Shown here piece by piece: positions 53,014 to 62,647 of a stretch of DNA of 64,000 bases. Each line of letters starts with the position of its first letter. Within the stretch, counting starts at the first letter, position 1. The stretch comes from Rhodoferax sp. (GTDB taxonomy: Bacteria > Pseudomonadota > Gammaproteobacteria > Burkholderiales > Burkholderiaceae_C), in contig NZ_JADMJN010000013.1 in the NCBI RefSeq assembly GCF_018780565.1, forward strand, positions 9,882 to 73,881, written 5' to 3'. A program made the translations under genes and the position numbers. Below the pieces are notes generated by a model that saw only the letters and a program-made list of their open reading frames with translations, did no database searches and was not told the origin of the DNA.

Positions 53014-54453
53014 ATGCCTATCAATGAACTGGATGCCTTCGTCAGGGAATACGTCAAGGAACTTCATAATGAGACGGCTGCGATCTTTGCTGGCGCAGGC
53101 CTATCGGTGGGGAAGGGATTCGTCGATTGGGTTGGGCTTCTCCAACCACTGGCAGCTGAACTCGGCCTGGATGCTGCGCGTGAGAGCGATCATCTGGTCG
53201 CGCTTGCGCAGCACCACGTTAATGACAACGGCATGAACCGGGCCGGGCTGCACAAGCGACTGCTGGAGGAGTTCCCGACGGACGCGGAGCCTACGGTGAA
53301 TCATCAACTGTTGGCGCGGCTACCAGTGGCAGTCTACTGGACCACCAATTACGATCGACTGATTGAGCGTGCCTTGGAAGGGGCCGGAAAAATCGTTGAC
53401 TCGAAGCATCGGGTGGATCAGCTCGCCTTCACAAAACCACGCCGGGATGCGGTGGTTTTCAAGATGCACGGTGACGTCGAGCATCCGGCGCAAGTCGTGT
53501 TGACCAAGGACGATTACGAGCGCTACCCGATCGATCGAGGCGCGTTCATCAACGGGCTGACCGGTGACCTTGTCTCCAAGACCTTCCTGTTTCTTGGCTT
53601 TAGCTTCAAGGATCCTAACCTTGACTACATCCTGGCGAGAATTCGGCTCACCTTTCAAGCCAACGGACGCCAGCACTACTGTGTCTTTCGCCGCGTACAG
53701 GAGCAGGCTGGTCAGTCCCAGGCGGAGTACGAATATCTGCAAATCAAGCAACGCCTTGCCATCAATGACTTGAAGCGCTTCAACATCAAGACCTTGCTGG
53801 TCGACAGTTACGATGAGATCACGGAACTGTTGCGTCGCATCGAACGCACCTATCGCCGAAAGACGCTGTTCATTTCGGGCAGTGCTGAGGAGTTTGGTGC
53901 TTGGCAGAAAGCGGATGTTTCTGAGTTCCTCAACGACCTCGGGAAGATCGTCATCCAGCGGGGTTTTCGCCTTGTATCGGGCTTTGGCTGGGGCATCAGC
54001 AATGACCTATTGTCTGGCGCGATTGAACAGATCTATGGCCAACGGGTTGGGCACATTCAGGATCACCTGATTGTTCGCCCCTTCCCTCGCTATATCGCCG
54101 ATGTTGGCGCGCGCGACGCGCTGTGGCATGAGTTCCGCAAAGACCTCATTTCGCAGGCCGGCATCGCACTTTTCATGTTCGGTAACAAGTTGAGTGACGG
54201 CAAGACGGTCCTCGCGGACGGCGTGCGTAAGGAGTACGCCATCGCGCGGGAACTCGACCTGGTGACAGTACCCGTCGCCCCGACGGGTTATGTTGCCGAA
54301 GAGCTCTGGCAGCTCGACGAGCCACGCGTGAAATCATCCGCGATGAGTGAAGAAATCAAGCAGTCGTTCGCCAGACTTCAAGTGCCCGCAGCCAAACCCC
54401 AGGAACTGCTGAGCCGGATTTCTGAAGTATTGGATCTTCTTGGCAAGGAATGA
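53014..54453 (+). CDS. thsA: Thoeris effector ThsA (N-terminal SIR2 NADase, C-terminal SLOG sensor)
   Basis: SIR2_2 pattern AIFAGAGLSVGKGFVDW, WTTNYDRLIE (Asn at residue 112), VFKMHGD (His at residue 152) and FLFLGFSFKDPN. The C-terminal TLFISGSAEEFGAW...VSGFGWGISNDLLSGA is SLOG/LOG-like. Length 479 aa. Confidence 0.8.
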   Translation: MPINELDAFVREYVKELHNETAAIFAGAGLSVGKGFVDWVGLLQPLAAELGLDAARESDHLVALAQHHVNDNGMNRAGLHKRLLEEFPTDAEPTVNHQLLARLPVAVYWTTNYDRLIERALEGAGKIVDSKHRVDQLAFTKPRRDAVVFKMHGDVEHPAQVVLTKDDYERYPIDRGAFINGLTGDLVSKTFLFLGFSFKDPNLDYILARIRLTFQANGRQHYCVFRRVQEQAGQSQAEYEYLQIKQRLAINDLKRFNIKTLLVDSYDEITELLRRIERTYRRKTLFISGSAEEFGAWQKADVSEFLNDLGKIVIQRGFRLVSGFGWGISNDLLSGAIEQIYGQRVGHIQDHLIVRPFPRYIADVGARDALWHEFRKDLISQAGIALFMFGNKLSDGKTVLADGVRKEYAIARELDLVTVPVAPTGYVAEELWQLDEPRVKSSAMSEEIKQSFARLQVPAAKPQELLSRISEVLDLLGKE

Positions 54454-54502
54454 GCACCAGTGCGTCCTGATCACTTGCGACTGATGCAGTGAATTTCACC
54501 GT

Positions 54503-55078
54503 ATGGCGTTTGTAACCAAGCAGCTGGCGCGCAACGTGGCGCGCTCGTTGACAGCACAAAGTCCCGGCGGTTCACCTGGCGTTGTGTTGGAGGAGCGGAG
54601 ACAGCTGGCGGAAAAGGCTGGTACGTTTGATATTTTCTTGTCCCACGCTCGCGAGGATGCGGAGATTGTTCTGGGTGTCGTTGGTTTGCTGGAACTTCTT
54701 GGCAAAACGGTCTATGTTGACTGGATCAGCGATGTGCAACTGGACCGATCTAGGGTGACGCCCCTCCATGCCGACGTTTTGCGTTACCGCATGCGGTCGT
54801 CGGCGTCAATGCTGTATCTCACGACAGCCAACAGCGTGCAATCGATCTGGATGCCCTGGGAGCTTGGCTATTTCGACGGACACAAGCCTGGTCACGTGGC
54901 TATCTTGCCAGTCATGGAGAGTGGAGTGAGCTTTGAGGGGCAGGAATTTCTGGGTCTTTACCCGGTGATGGAATACGGCGTGGGTGCTGGGGCAGGCTAT
55001 AGCGACTGGTCGATTCCCGGGGGAAGTTCTGGGCGCATAAATCTTGACAGTTTTGTTGACGGAACACGCGCGGTTTAA
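54503..55078 (+). CDS. thsB: canonical TIR-domain protein, ThsB-like 3
   Basis: FDIFLSHAREDAEIV, TVYVDW, and SIWMPWELGYFDG with the conserved catalytic-position Glu. Confidence 0.7.
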   Translation: MAFVTKQLARNVARSLTAQSPGGSPGVVLEERRQLAEKAGTFDIFLSHAREDAEIVLGVVGLLELLGKTVYVDWISDVQLDRSRVTPLHADVLRYRMRSSASMLYLTTANSVQSIWMPWELGYFDGHKPGHVAILPVMESGVSFEGQEFLGLYPVMEYGVGAGAGYSDWSIPGGSSGRINLDSFVDGTRAV

Positions 55079-55469
55079 GGGCGAAGGCCATATGGTCTGT
55101 GCAGCGATAAACGCCAAGCCAATCGCGCGGAGTGGACGCGCACAGCATGCTGCTTAGTGCTGTTCGCATTTAATAAATAGTTGCCGAGACCAAGGTCTAG
55201 ACGGTAAGCGGTGTTTTGCCCTACTGTGAATGTGGACAACCTCTGGCTAGCTGCATCAGTTGCACCGTAGCTGGCAATGCATCTCGATGCCACTGGCATG
55301 CAGATCTTCAAATTTGGCAAGCATTCGCGGTAACGGACGGGATCTGCAATAGATGCCTGGCAGAAAGTGCGGCTTGGCAAGGTTCGTTTGAGAGATATCC
55401 TGATGGGCCCGACTATAACAACATACTGTAACATTGCCTGATTGTCCACAGGTGAGAAAAGCTAGCCCT

Positions 55470-56420
55470 ATGCACACTTGCCTGCCGCCAACAGATGCCA
55501 TCGAAGAATGGCTCAACTGCTACCCCTCTTTCAAAGGCAGCTACGGACATCTTCTCCTGGAGCAAAAAGAAGATCCACCTCCCGATTTGGCTGGTTCTCT
55601 GGTTCCGTATTTCGAGTCGGCACATGAGGATGCGCGTAAGTATTTCTCCGAGCAGATAGGGATCGATCTTCACCCAGATTCCGATGGCGTTCAGAACGAG
55701 GCTGAACTACTCTATCCCCGTTGTCTACCGGTGAGTGCACGGCGTGGACTTTTTGGCGAAGTGATGGCAGGAATGCTCACCGAACAGTACACCTACATCG
55801 GCAAGCACGAATGGGATGTTCCTATTTTTCTCTTTCGCTATCACGCAGATGTCGAAAAGTACCTGTTTGATCTCTCTCGCAACGATACGCGAACGCGGCA
55901 GGTATTTGGGCGTTTCGGATCGGACTTTCTTGGGCTGTGTCTGGACTACGAGGGAAATGTCATCCGTTTCATTGCGGGCGAGGCGAAATGGCGTGACAAG
56001 TTGAACGCCGGGACCATCGAGACATTGATGCTTGGAAGTTGGGTCACGGACCGCGAGACTGGTGAGCGTGCTCGATCAGGCAAGGGTGTATGGTTCGAGG
56101 TGAACCGTGATACGCCAGTTCCTCACGGCCTGAGGCAACTTCAGCGTTTGCTCCGAGAACGTGATCCCGGCGGCCACTCTGCTGCGATCTTGTCCCTCGA
56201 CAAAGCATTGGCACTGCGCAACCCCGTACCGATCCCACGAACCAATCTCATCTTGATCGCGGGGAACGATGTTCCGAGCCGTGACGAAAGGATGTCGCTC
56301 ATTCCGTGGCAAGAGATGCCGAAAGAGTACACCGCTCCAAACGACCTTCAGGTCGTAGAACTGATCCTCAAAGACGGCGGCGATCTGATCGACCAAATCT
56401 ACGACACTCTCTGGTCCTAG
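55470..56420 (+). CDS. hamA: Hachiman HamA-like protein (DUF1837-type, PD-(D/E)xK-like D...ExK)
   Basis: GSDFLGLCLDYEGNVIRFIAGEAKWRDK fits D-x(n)-ExK. The size of ~316 aa and its position 13 nt upstream of a large SF2 helicase also fit. The tracked start at 55434 is replaced by the ATG at 55470, which follows GAGAAAAG. Confidence 0.6.
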   Translation: MHTCLPPTDAIEEWLNCYPSFKGSYGHLLLEQKEDPPPDLAGSLVPYFESAHEDARKYFSEQIGIDLHPDSDGVQNEAELLYPRCLPVSARRGLFGEVMAGMLTEQYTYIGKHEWDVPIFLFRYHADVEKYLFDLSRNDTRTRQVFGRFGSDFLGLCLDYEGNVIRFIAGEAKWRDKLNAGTIETLMLGSWVTDRETGERARSGKGVWFEVNRDTPVPHGLRQLQRLLRERDPGGHSAAILSLDKALALRNPVPIPRTNLILIAGNDVPSRDERMSLIPWQEMPKEYTAPNDLQVVELILKDGGDLIDQIYDTLWS

Positions 56421-56433
56421 GAAATAAACAGAC

Positions 56434-59400
56434 ATGGCTGAGAATGACGGAGAACGCCTGGAGATCGCGAGCGAGGTTCGGAACGAGCTGGCCGTCGAAA
56501 ATGCCTTGTCGGCGACACAGGCTCGTGCGTTTGTGCGTTGCTTGCAAACGATCTGGGAGGTGCCGCCGATCCAGTGGGGCGACGAGGAGTCTCGCGCTCA
56601 GCTTGCCGACGTACGGCGCCTTCTTCACGCGGCGGAGATCTATCGACAGATCGAGGGATTGCAGTCTCCTGGAGCAATCGATTGCTATCGGCGTGCCGGC
56701 GAGCTGCTTGAGTGGCTCGCGCGCGCAAATGACAAACTTCGCCTGATTGCACCAATCGAACTGTTCGCCGCCGCCGCGCTTCAACTTGGTGGTCTGCCGG
56801 CTATGGCAGCCGGTCTGCTCCGGCAGGTCAACTTGGGCAATATGGGTTCGCAGCTATATGCCAAATTTTTGCAGGCGGATTTCGACGGTGTACTGAAAGC
56901 TGTCATGGCATTTTGGCACCAGCATGCTGACCTCACCGATCGCGATGCGCCGCGCAGGCTGCTCCTCGATACAGAAAATGAAGGCCATATTGGATGGTAT
57001 TTCACGACCGAACTTGTCCGCAGCCTGGGGTTAATCGCCGAGTCCCTGCGGCGAGGGAACAACGCCCGACTCACCCGCGCAATCGAGAAACTCGATGCGC
57101 TGGAGAAGATGGCTACCCGGACATTCAGCGATGACGCTTCGTTGCTCATCACGCTCATGCGCGCAGTCGCCTATAACTATCGCGAAGCTAGCATCTATCT
57201 TCCAGTGGATCAACTGGCGGAGGTGAATGCCGGCCGAAAACCGAGGTTGCTTCGCTTTGCACGTGGTCAATTCAGCCGCGGTCGCGGAATTCTTTGGCCC
57301 TCTCAGCGTGACGGATTGGCCCGTCTTTTGCGCAACTCATCCTTCGCCCTTTGTACGCCGACCGGCTCGGGCAAGACCCTGGTAGCCAATCTGGCGCTTG
57401 TGAAGGAGTTACTCCTCCGTCCAGACGAGGATGCTCCTGATCCCCTTGCCCTCTATTTGGTCCCTTCCCGGGCACTTGCTGGCGAAGTAGAGGCCAAGTT
57501 GCGAAGCGAACTCGGCGAAGACCTGATCGTGACCGGCCTCTATGGCGGGGCGGACTGGGGCATTACCGACTACTGGCTGACAGGTGAAAGGCCGACCGTC
57601 TTGATCGCTACGGTCGAGAAAGCCGATGCGTTAATGCGCTACGTGGGGCCACTCCTACTCGCGCGTCTTCGCCTGCTTGTGATCGACGAGGCGCATCAGG
57701 TCGTACCGGAAGACAACGATAGTACGCGTGCGGCATTTGCAGAACACAGCAGTAGATCACTTCGCCTGGAGGGATTTGTGTCGCGGCTGCTATCGCTGGC
57801 ACCCCATATCGCCCGAATCGCGCTGACCGCAGTAGCGGGTGGTGCTGCAACGCCGGTCGCCCGGTGGATTGAGGGGCGGCCCGACGCGGTGGCCGTTGGA
57901 ACGCGGTATCAAAGCACTCGCCAACTCATCGGTGTTCTCGAGACGTCGCCCGACCGCTCCAGCCGCATTCTGCTGGAGATCATGAACGGAAGGGCGCTGT
58001 ATGTGCGCGGTCGGGATGCACCGGTCTATCTGCCACTACGCATCCCCGCCATGCCGCAGCTTCCCGCTGTAATGCGCAATAGTCTGAATCGCTTCAATGA
58101 GTTGAGCGTGCTCTGGACGGTGCTGCATCTTGTGGATAACGAGCGAAGGATACTGATCTCAGTGGCTCAAGAGCCGGAACAGACGATGCGCTGGTACAGG
58201 GAGGCATTTGATCTTCCGTCGTGGGCCGCGCTTCCTCGTTTCGTCTCACCAGATGGTAGTCGAGGCGTGCGGTTCGATGAAGCGCGCGCCGCGGCCGTGG
58301 ATTATTGCGGAGCAGACTCCTATGAGGTCGCCCTGTTGGACAGGGGCATCGCAACGAGCCATGGTCAGATGCCTCAGCGGTTGCGCCGGCTGATGACTGA
58401 AATGATCGACCAACGCATCTGCCCAATCACGGTCGCCACGGCGACGCTGACGGAGGGCGTCAATCTTCCCTTTGATATGATCGTAGTGACGTCCTTGAAG
58501 CGGAGCTCCTTCGATCCGAACACCCAACGACCGATCATCACACCACTTTCGACTGCGGAATTTCGCAATCTCGCGGGTCGGGCGGGGCGCCCCGGTGCAA
58601 GCAAGGGGATGGAAGGCATGACCTTGATTGCCATACCGCAGAGCGTTTCCACTACGGCGGACTCGACGCGGGATACCCAGCGCGCTCAACGCCGGAATTT
58701 GATCGCCGACTACCGTTCCTTGCATGATCGACTGCTGAACGACGCAGGGGATGCTCAGGTTGTTTCCAGTCCGCTGAACCTGCTTCTGAATGCGATCGCC
58801 ACCCGCGCCGAGGAACTTTTTGGGGTGGCTGGAGAGGAATTTCTGGACTGGCTTGACGCGGCGACGCCAAATGAAATTAGTGGTGAAGCCGGTCGGGCCG
58901 AGACGGCGCCGCATGCGCGTCTGGCAGACAGCCTCGACGAGCTTGATGGGATTCTGCTGAGCGCCATTGAAGAACTGAACCAAGCACAGGCGCCAGAGAT
59001 GACTGGTGCCCGCGCCGAGGCACATCTAATTCAGCTGTGGCGGAAAACGTTCACGAACGTGGCTGCTGTGCAGGAAGCCTGGCTTGAGACGGCCTTCATT
59101 CGACGTGGTCGAGCTATGGTTGATGTAATTTATCCCGATGGCGATGAGCGAAAACGCCTATATCTCTATGGTTTTACCCCCCATGTCGGGCGACGCTTTG
59201 AGCAAGTAGCACAGCAGATACACAAACTGATAAACCGAGCAGGCGGCTATGGCGAAGCTACCAACACGGACCGGTTGACCGTATTTGAAGAGATAGGCGC
59301 GCTCGTATCCGAGGATCGTGGCTTTGGTTTTCGCATTCGCCCGACAGAGACAGATCAGCGCCTTTTGGACGACTGGACTGGCTTGCTGAAGTGGTGGATG

Positions 59401-60063
59401 CAAGGCACGGACGCGGAGTCTCCTCCACCCAATAAACTACGCGCCTGGCAACGATTCGTCACAGAAAACCTGGAGTTTCGCCTGGGAGTGGCCATTGGTG
59501 CTGTGGTTGCCAGGGCGTGGACCGCCGGCGCGAACGATCCGTCGGCAGTGCCAACGCTCATTGCTTGGCGAGCCACGACAGGCCTGCCATGGTTTGGTTT
59601 TTGGGCTCGCGAGCTACTACGATGGGGCACGTTGGACCCATTCGTTGCATTCGCGCTTGCCCAGGGATTGGCAAGAACTCGCAACGAAGCCGCGGAGCGT
59701 CGCCCTGAATTTGAAGGTTGGCTCAATGAGGAACACGTAGCCTTGGAGGCCGATGACATGATTGATCCACAGCTGTTTCTCGAGTGGCAGCTCAGCCTGC
59801 AGCAGCCCAATGTAGGAGAGGAAGCCGGGCAGGAAGCCGAGCTTGCGGTGTTGACTGGTGCGGACGGACGATTGACGCGCTATGGCGTTGTCCCATTTCG
59901 GCAGGGAGATACCATTCATTGGATGGATGCGGCGGGCTACGAGCTCGCGACGTCAGGCAATGAAACTGGTTTTTTTTCTCCGAGTGCCAATCGCAACGAT
60001 TTCGAGCTGCGAGTTCGGCGTCGTAGCGCATCGGTAACGCGCACCTTTACGGCTCAGCGCTAG
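56434..60063 (+). CDS. hamB: large superfamily-2 helicase, HamB-like, with ~300-aa N-terminal and ~475-aa C-terminal extensions
   Basis: Motif I CTPTGSGKT (residues 307-315), motif II VIDEAH (416-421, nt 57679) and motif VI LAGRAGRPG (713-721). Length 1209 aa. Confidence 0.7.
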   Translation: MAENDGERLEIASEVRNELAVENALSATQARAFVRCLQTIWEVPPIQWGDEESRAQLADVRRLLHAAEIYRQIEGLQSPGAIDCYRRAGELLEWLARANDKLRLIAPIELFAAAALQLGGLPAMAAGLLRQVNLGNMGSQLYAKFLQADFDGVLKAVMAFWHQHADLTDRDAPRRLLLDTENEGHIGWYFTTELVRSLGLIAESLRRGNNARLTRAIEKLDALEKMATRTFSDDASLLITLMRAVAYNYREASIYLPVDQLAEVNAGRKPRLLRFARGQFSRGRGILWPSQRDGLARLLRNSSFALCTPTGSGKTLVANLALVKELLLRPDEDAPDPLALYLVPSRALAGEVEAKLRSELGEDLIVTGLYGGADWGITDYWLTGERPTVLIATVEKADALMRYVGPLLLARLRLLVIDEAHQVVPEDNDSTRAAFAEHSSRSLRLEGFVSRLLSLAPHIARIALTAVAGGAATPVARWIEGRPDAVAVGTRYQSTRQLIGVLETSPDRSSRILLEIMNGRALYVRGRDAPVYLPLRIPAMPQLPAVMRNSLNRFNELSVLWTVLHLVDNERRILISVAQEPEQTMRWYREAFDLPSWAALPRFVSPDGSRGVRFDEARAAAVDYCGADSYEVALLDRGIATSHGQMPQRLRRLMTEMIDQRICPITVATATLTEGVNLPFDMIVVTSLKRSSFDPNTQRPIITPLSTAEFRNLAGRAGRPGASKGMEGMTLIAIPQSVSTTADSTRDTQRAQRRNLIADYRSLHDRLLNDAGDAQVVSSPLNLLLNAIATRAEELFGVAGEEFLDWLDAATPNEISGEAGRAETAPHARLADSLDELDGILLSAIEELNQAQAPEMTGARAEAHLIQLWRKTFTNVAAVQEAWLETAFIRRGRAMVDVIYPDGDERKRLYLYGFTPHVGRRFEQVAQQIHKLINRAGGYGEATNTDRLTVFEEIGALVSEDRGFGFRIRPTETDQRLLDDWTGLLKWWMQGTDAESPPPNKLRAWQRFVTENLEFRLGVAIGAVVARAWTAGANDPSAVPTLIAWRATTGLPWFGFWARELLRWGTLDPFVAFALAQGLARTRNEAAERRPEFEGWLNEEHVALEADDMIDPQLFLEWQLSLQQPNVGEEAGQEAELAVLTGADGRLTRYGVVPFRQGDTIHWMDAAGYELATSGNETGFFSPSANRNDFELRVRRRSASVTRTFTAQR

Positions 60064-60097
60064 TTTTGGCGGCGGTCTCATCGTTTCTCCGTATCAC

Positions 60098-62467
60098 ATG
60101 AAACATAGCACGTACAGCTCTGACGATAGGACTAATCCGATTGCGATCGCAAAGCCGACGACTGCTAAACCAATCGACAACGAGACGCTCAAACGACTCG
60201 TTGCGCCGTTTGCAGGACAGAGTCGGGCGCAATGTTTTTTTGGACCCTCCGGTATCGGCGACGATGGGGCCGCTTGGCTCGTCATCGTGACCGCAGATGA
60301 ACAACGGCCGCGACAAGTCCGCGAAGACGGACGGTTTGGCCTTTGGGCTTGGCGATGGCCGGCGGCTCCGACCGCTGCGCTATCCTTCTCACTAATGGCA
60401 CCCAAAGGAACGTCGCAGCCGAAGGAAAAGACATTTCCACGGTGGTTTGGGTCAAGCGATACAGCACTCGCGCAGGTCATCCGATGCGAGAAACGCCTTC
60501 TCGTCATCGTGGTAAATACTTTTGGCGATCACAGTGGCTGGTTCGAGGCTGTCTTTGCCCAGGCGGACACCGCAGCTGCCTTTGACAGGCTATGGGAGCA
60601 CCCGGACGCTGGTCTTCCAAGGTCACGCATCGGTCGACGGTTCGATCCGGACGCCGAAGAATCAATGGACGATATCTATGTACCGATCCCTTTGTGGAAG
60701 GAACCGGTCTCTGACATTTGGGCCGTGATCACGCATGGCGACAAGCAGAACTGGGTGTCCGATTTGCAGCCAGCCGACTGGGCCTGCGGACTTTGGGCAA
60801 AGCGGGCATTGCACGTGCGGACCAAAGCTGCTGGCGATATCCAGATTCTTCGCGACCGTCAAGAACTCGACGGGGTGCCACCGATCGTGGACGAGACAGG
60901 ACTGTGGATTCGCAATGAACCGATGCGGGAACGACTGAACTTCATCGGCGAACTTCATCCATTGCTCAAACCATGGTTTGCTGCGACGCTTGGGCCGCAA
61001 CTGGATGCCAGAAGGTCCTACGAAATCGCCCTCGAAATCTTGTGTACACCGAAGGCCATGTTCGAAGTCGTGTCGGGGCTGCACCATGTGCTTCATGCGT
61101 GCGAAGAAGACGATGCTCTCATGCCGCTATGGCGCACCCTCGACGCGGCGCTGCTCGATACCGCCATAACGGCCAAAGGAACGCGTCGCCCTTGGCTTGC
61201 CAACACAGGTTTTCAGCTGGAGATCAGGACGATACCGATCGACATGAACGCGGATCTGGATGACATTGAGCGGCTTTGGCAAGCAGGACTCCAGATCCAT
61301 CATTTGCTCGATGCAGGAGAGCGCATAGGGTCGTCTGACTTTCCGGCTCCGTGGGACGTGCTAACAAGTGCCATGGAGAATGTTTTCATCGAGGGGACAC
61401 AAGAGGATGGCTATGCCAAGGTACAGGCCTTACTGCAAGAGGCTCAGGAAGCGCGGCAGTGGTCCATCCCCTGGGGCGCGCGTGTTGAGGTCGCTTTCGG
61501 TCCCTTTGTGGCCCTGAAGATATTTGAGCGCGAAGGTGAGTTCTCCTGCCATTTTCTCGATGCCCAGGACCGTTACCTTCTCTTGCCAATCGGTTTGCAA
61601 GGCCGACCACCGAAGATCGGCGAGGTGGGCATCTTTCGCAAGCGTTCCGACGACGGTGCGTACATGTGGAACCATGATGCCGAGATTGCCTTGTGCCTAA
61701 TTGCGGCTGCGATAGTTCGAGACTTCCTGGTAGTGGAAGACAGGACGTCACTGTTCAACGTGCGATCTATGCGTCGTCGGCTGCGAGGTGGACGTAACGT
61801 AAACGACATCGTCTATCTGCCACGCGTAAGGTACACGACCCCGTACCCAGAGCGAATGACCTTGGACGATGCCGATAAAACCCGGGCGCGTCATCAGGTC
61901 TCGCCACATCTCCGGAAAGCGGGCACTGCTTCAACGGGCCAACGCTTCCTTGCCCAGCGCTACGGCATGGAGTTGCCGGCAGGATTTACTTTCGTGCGGC
62001 CGCATGAGCGCGGCACAGAGTCTGGGGAGGTGCGCGTCAAGATCTATCGAAGCAGATCCGCATCCAGAATGATTTTCGAGGAGATGGCCAAGGCGCCGGA
62101 AGGAAGTAGGCCGGAATGGTTTGAGTTCGAGAAAGATTGTGCGCGCATTCTGCGGGGTCAAGGCATGCGAGTTGTCCATCAGGCTGCCAACCGCTCTGGC
62201 GATCTCGGGGTCGATCTTTACGCCGTTGACGCTACGGGGCAGTCCTGGGTCGTGCAATGCAAGTGCTGGGCGAAGCACCGACCCGTTGGACCTGATGTCG
62301 TCCGCGAACTGGTGGGCGCTATTGCCTCATCCGATCGTGGCATGACGACCAACAGTCGCGGCATGATCATCACCGCCGGTAGTTTCACTAGCGGTGCGGT
62401 GAGCGAGGCTATCGCCAATGGATTTGAACTAGTCGACGGTATTCGCGTCGCACAACTTCTTGAGTGA
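60098..62467 (+). CDS. 789-aa protein: uncharacterised N-terminal ~650 aa fused to C-terminal Mrr-type restriction endonuclease domain
   Basis: The C-terminus FEKDCARILRGQGMRVVHQAANRSGDLGVDLYAV...WVVQCKCW...GMIITAGSFTSGA matches the Mrr_cat pattern (GDxGxD...QxK). I found no Walker A, helicase or methylase motif upstream. It starts 34 nt after the hamB stop. Confidence 0.7.
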   Translation: MKHSTYSSDDRTNPIAIAKPTTAKPIDNETLKRLVAPFAGQSRAQCFFGPSGIGDDGAAWLVIVTADEQRPRQVREDGRFGLWAWRWPAAPTAALSFSLMAPKGTSQPKEKTFPRWFGSSDTALAQVIRCEKRLLVIVVNTFGDHSGWFEAVFAQADTAAAFDRLWEHPDAGLPRSRIGRRFDPDAEESMDDIYVPIPLWKEPVSDIWAVITHGDKQNWVSDLQPADWACGLWAKRALHVRTKAAGDIQILRDRQELDGVPPIVDETGLWIRNEPMRERLNFIGELHPLLKPWFAATLGPQLDARRSYEIALEILCTPKAMFEVVSGLHHVLHACEEDDALMPLWRTLDAALLDTAITAKGTRRPWLANTGFQLEIRTIPIDMNADLDDIERLWQAGLQIHHLLDAGERIGSSDFPAPWDVLTSAMENVFIEGTQEDGYAKVQALLQEAQEARQWSIPWGARVEVAFGPFVALKIFEREGEFSCHFLDAQDRYLLLPIGLQGRPPKIGEVGIFRKRSDDGAYMWNHDAEIALCLIAAAIVRDFLVVEDRTSLFNVRSMRRRLRGGRNVNDIVYLPRVRYTTPYPERMTLDDADKTRARHQVSPHLRKAGTASTGQRFLAQRYGMELPAGFTFVRPHERGTESGEVRVKIYRSRSASRMIFEEMAKAPEGSRPEWFEFEKDCARILRGQGMRVVHQAANRSGDLGVDLYAVDATGQSWVVQCKCWAKHRPVGPDVVRELVGAIASSDRGMTTNSRGMIITAGSFTSGAVSEAIANGFELVDGIRVAQLLE

Positions 62468-62647
62468 TGCTAGACGAAGTCTTCAGCTTGAAGCCGCCAT
62501 CGGTCTGTTATTTCATCACCCTGGGGAAACGGAGCTCATTCTTTTTCAACAAACGAAGCGCGTTGAGCCTCATGGGTCTACCATGTTTTAACTCCAACAG
62601 CATCTCCGCATTTGCTGCGGGTTTGCTCCCTACGCTTTACCTCAACT

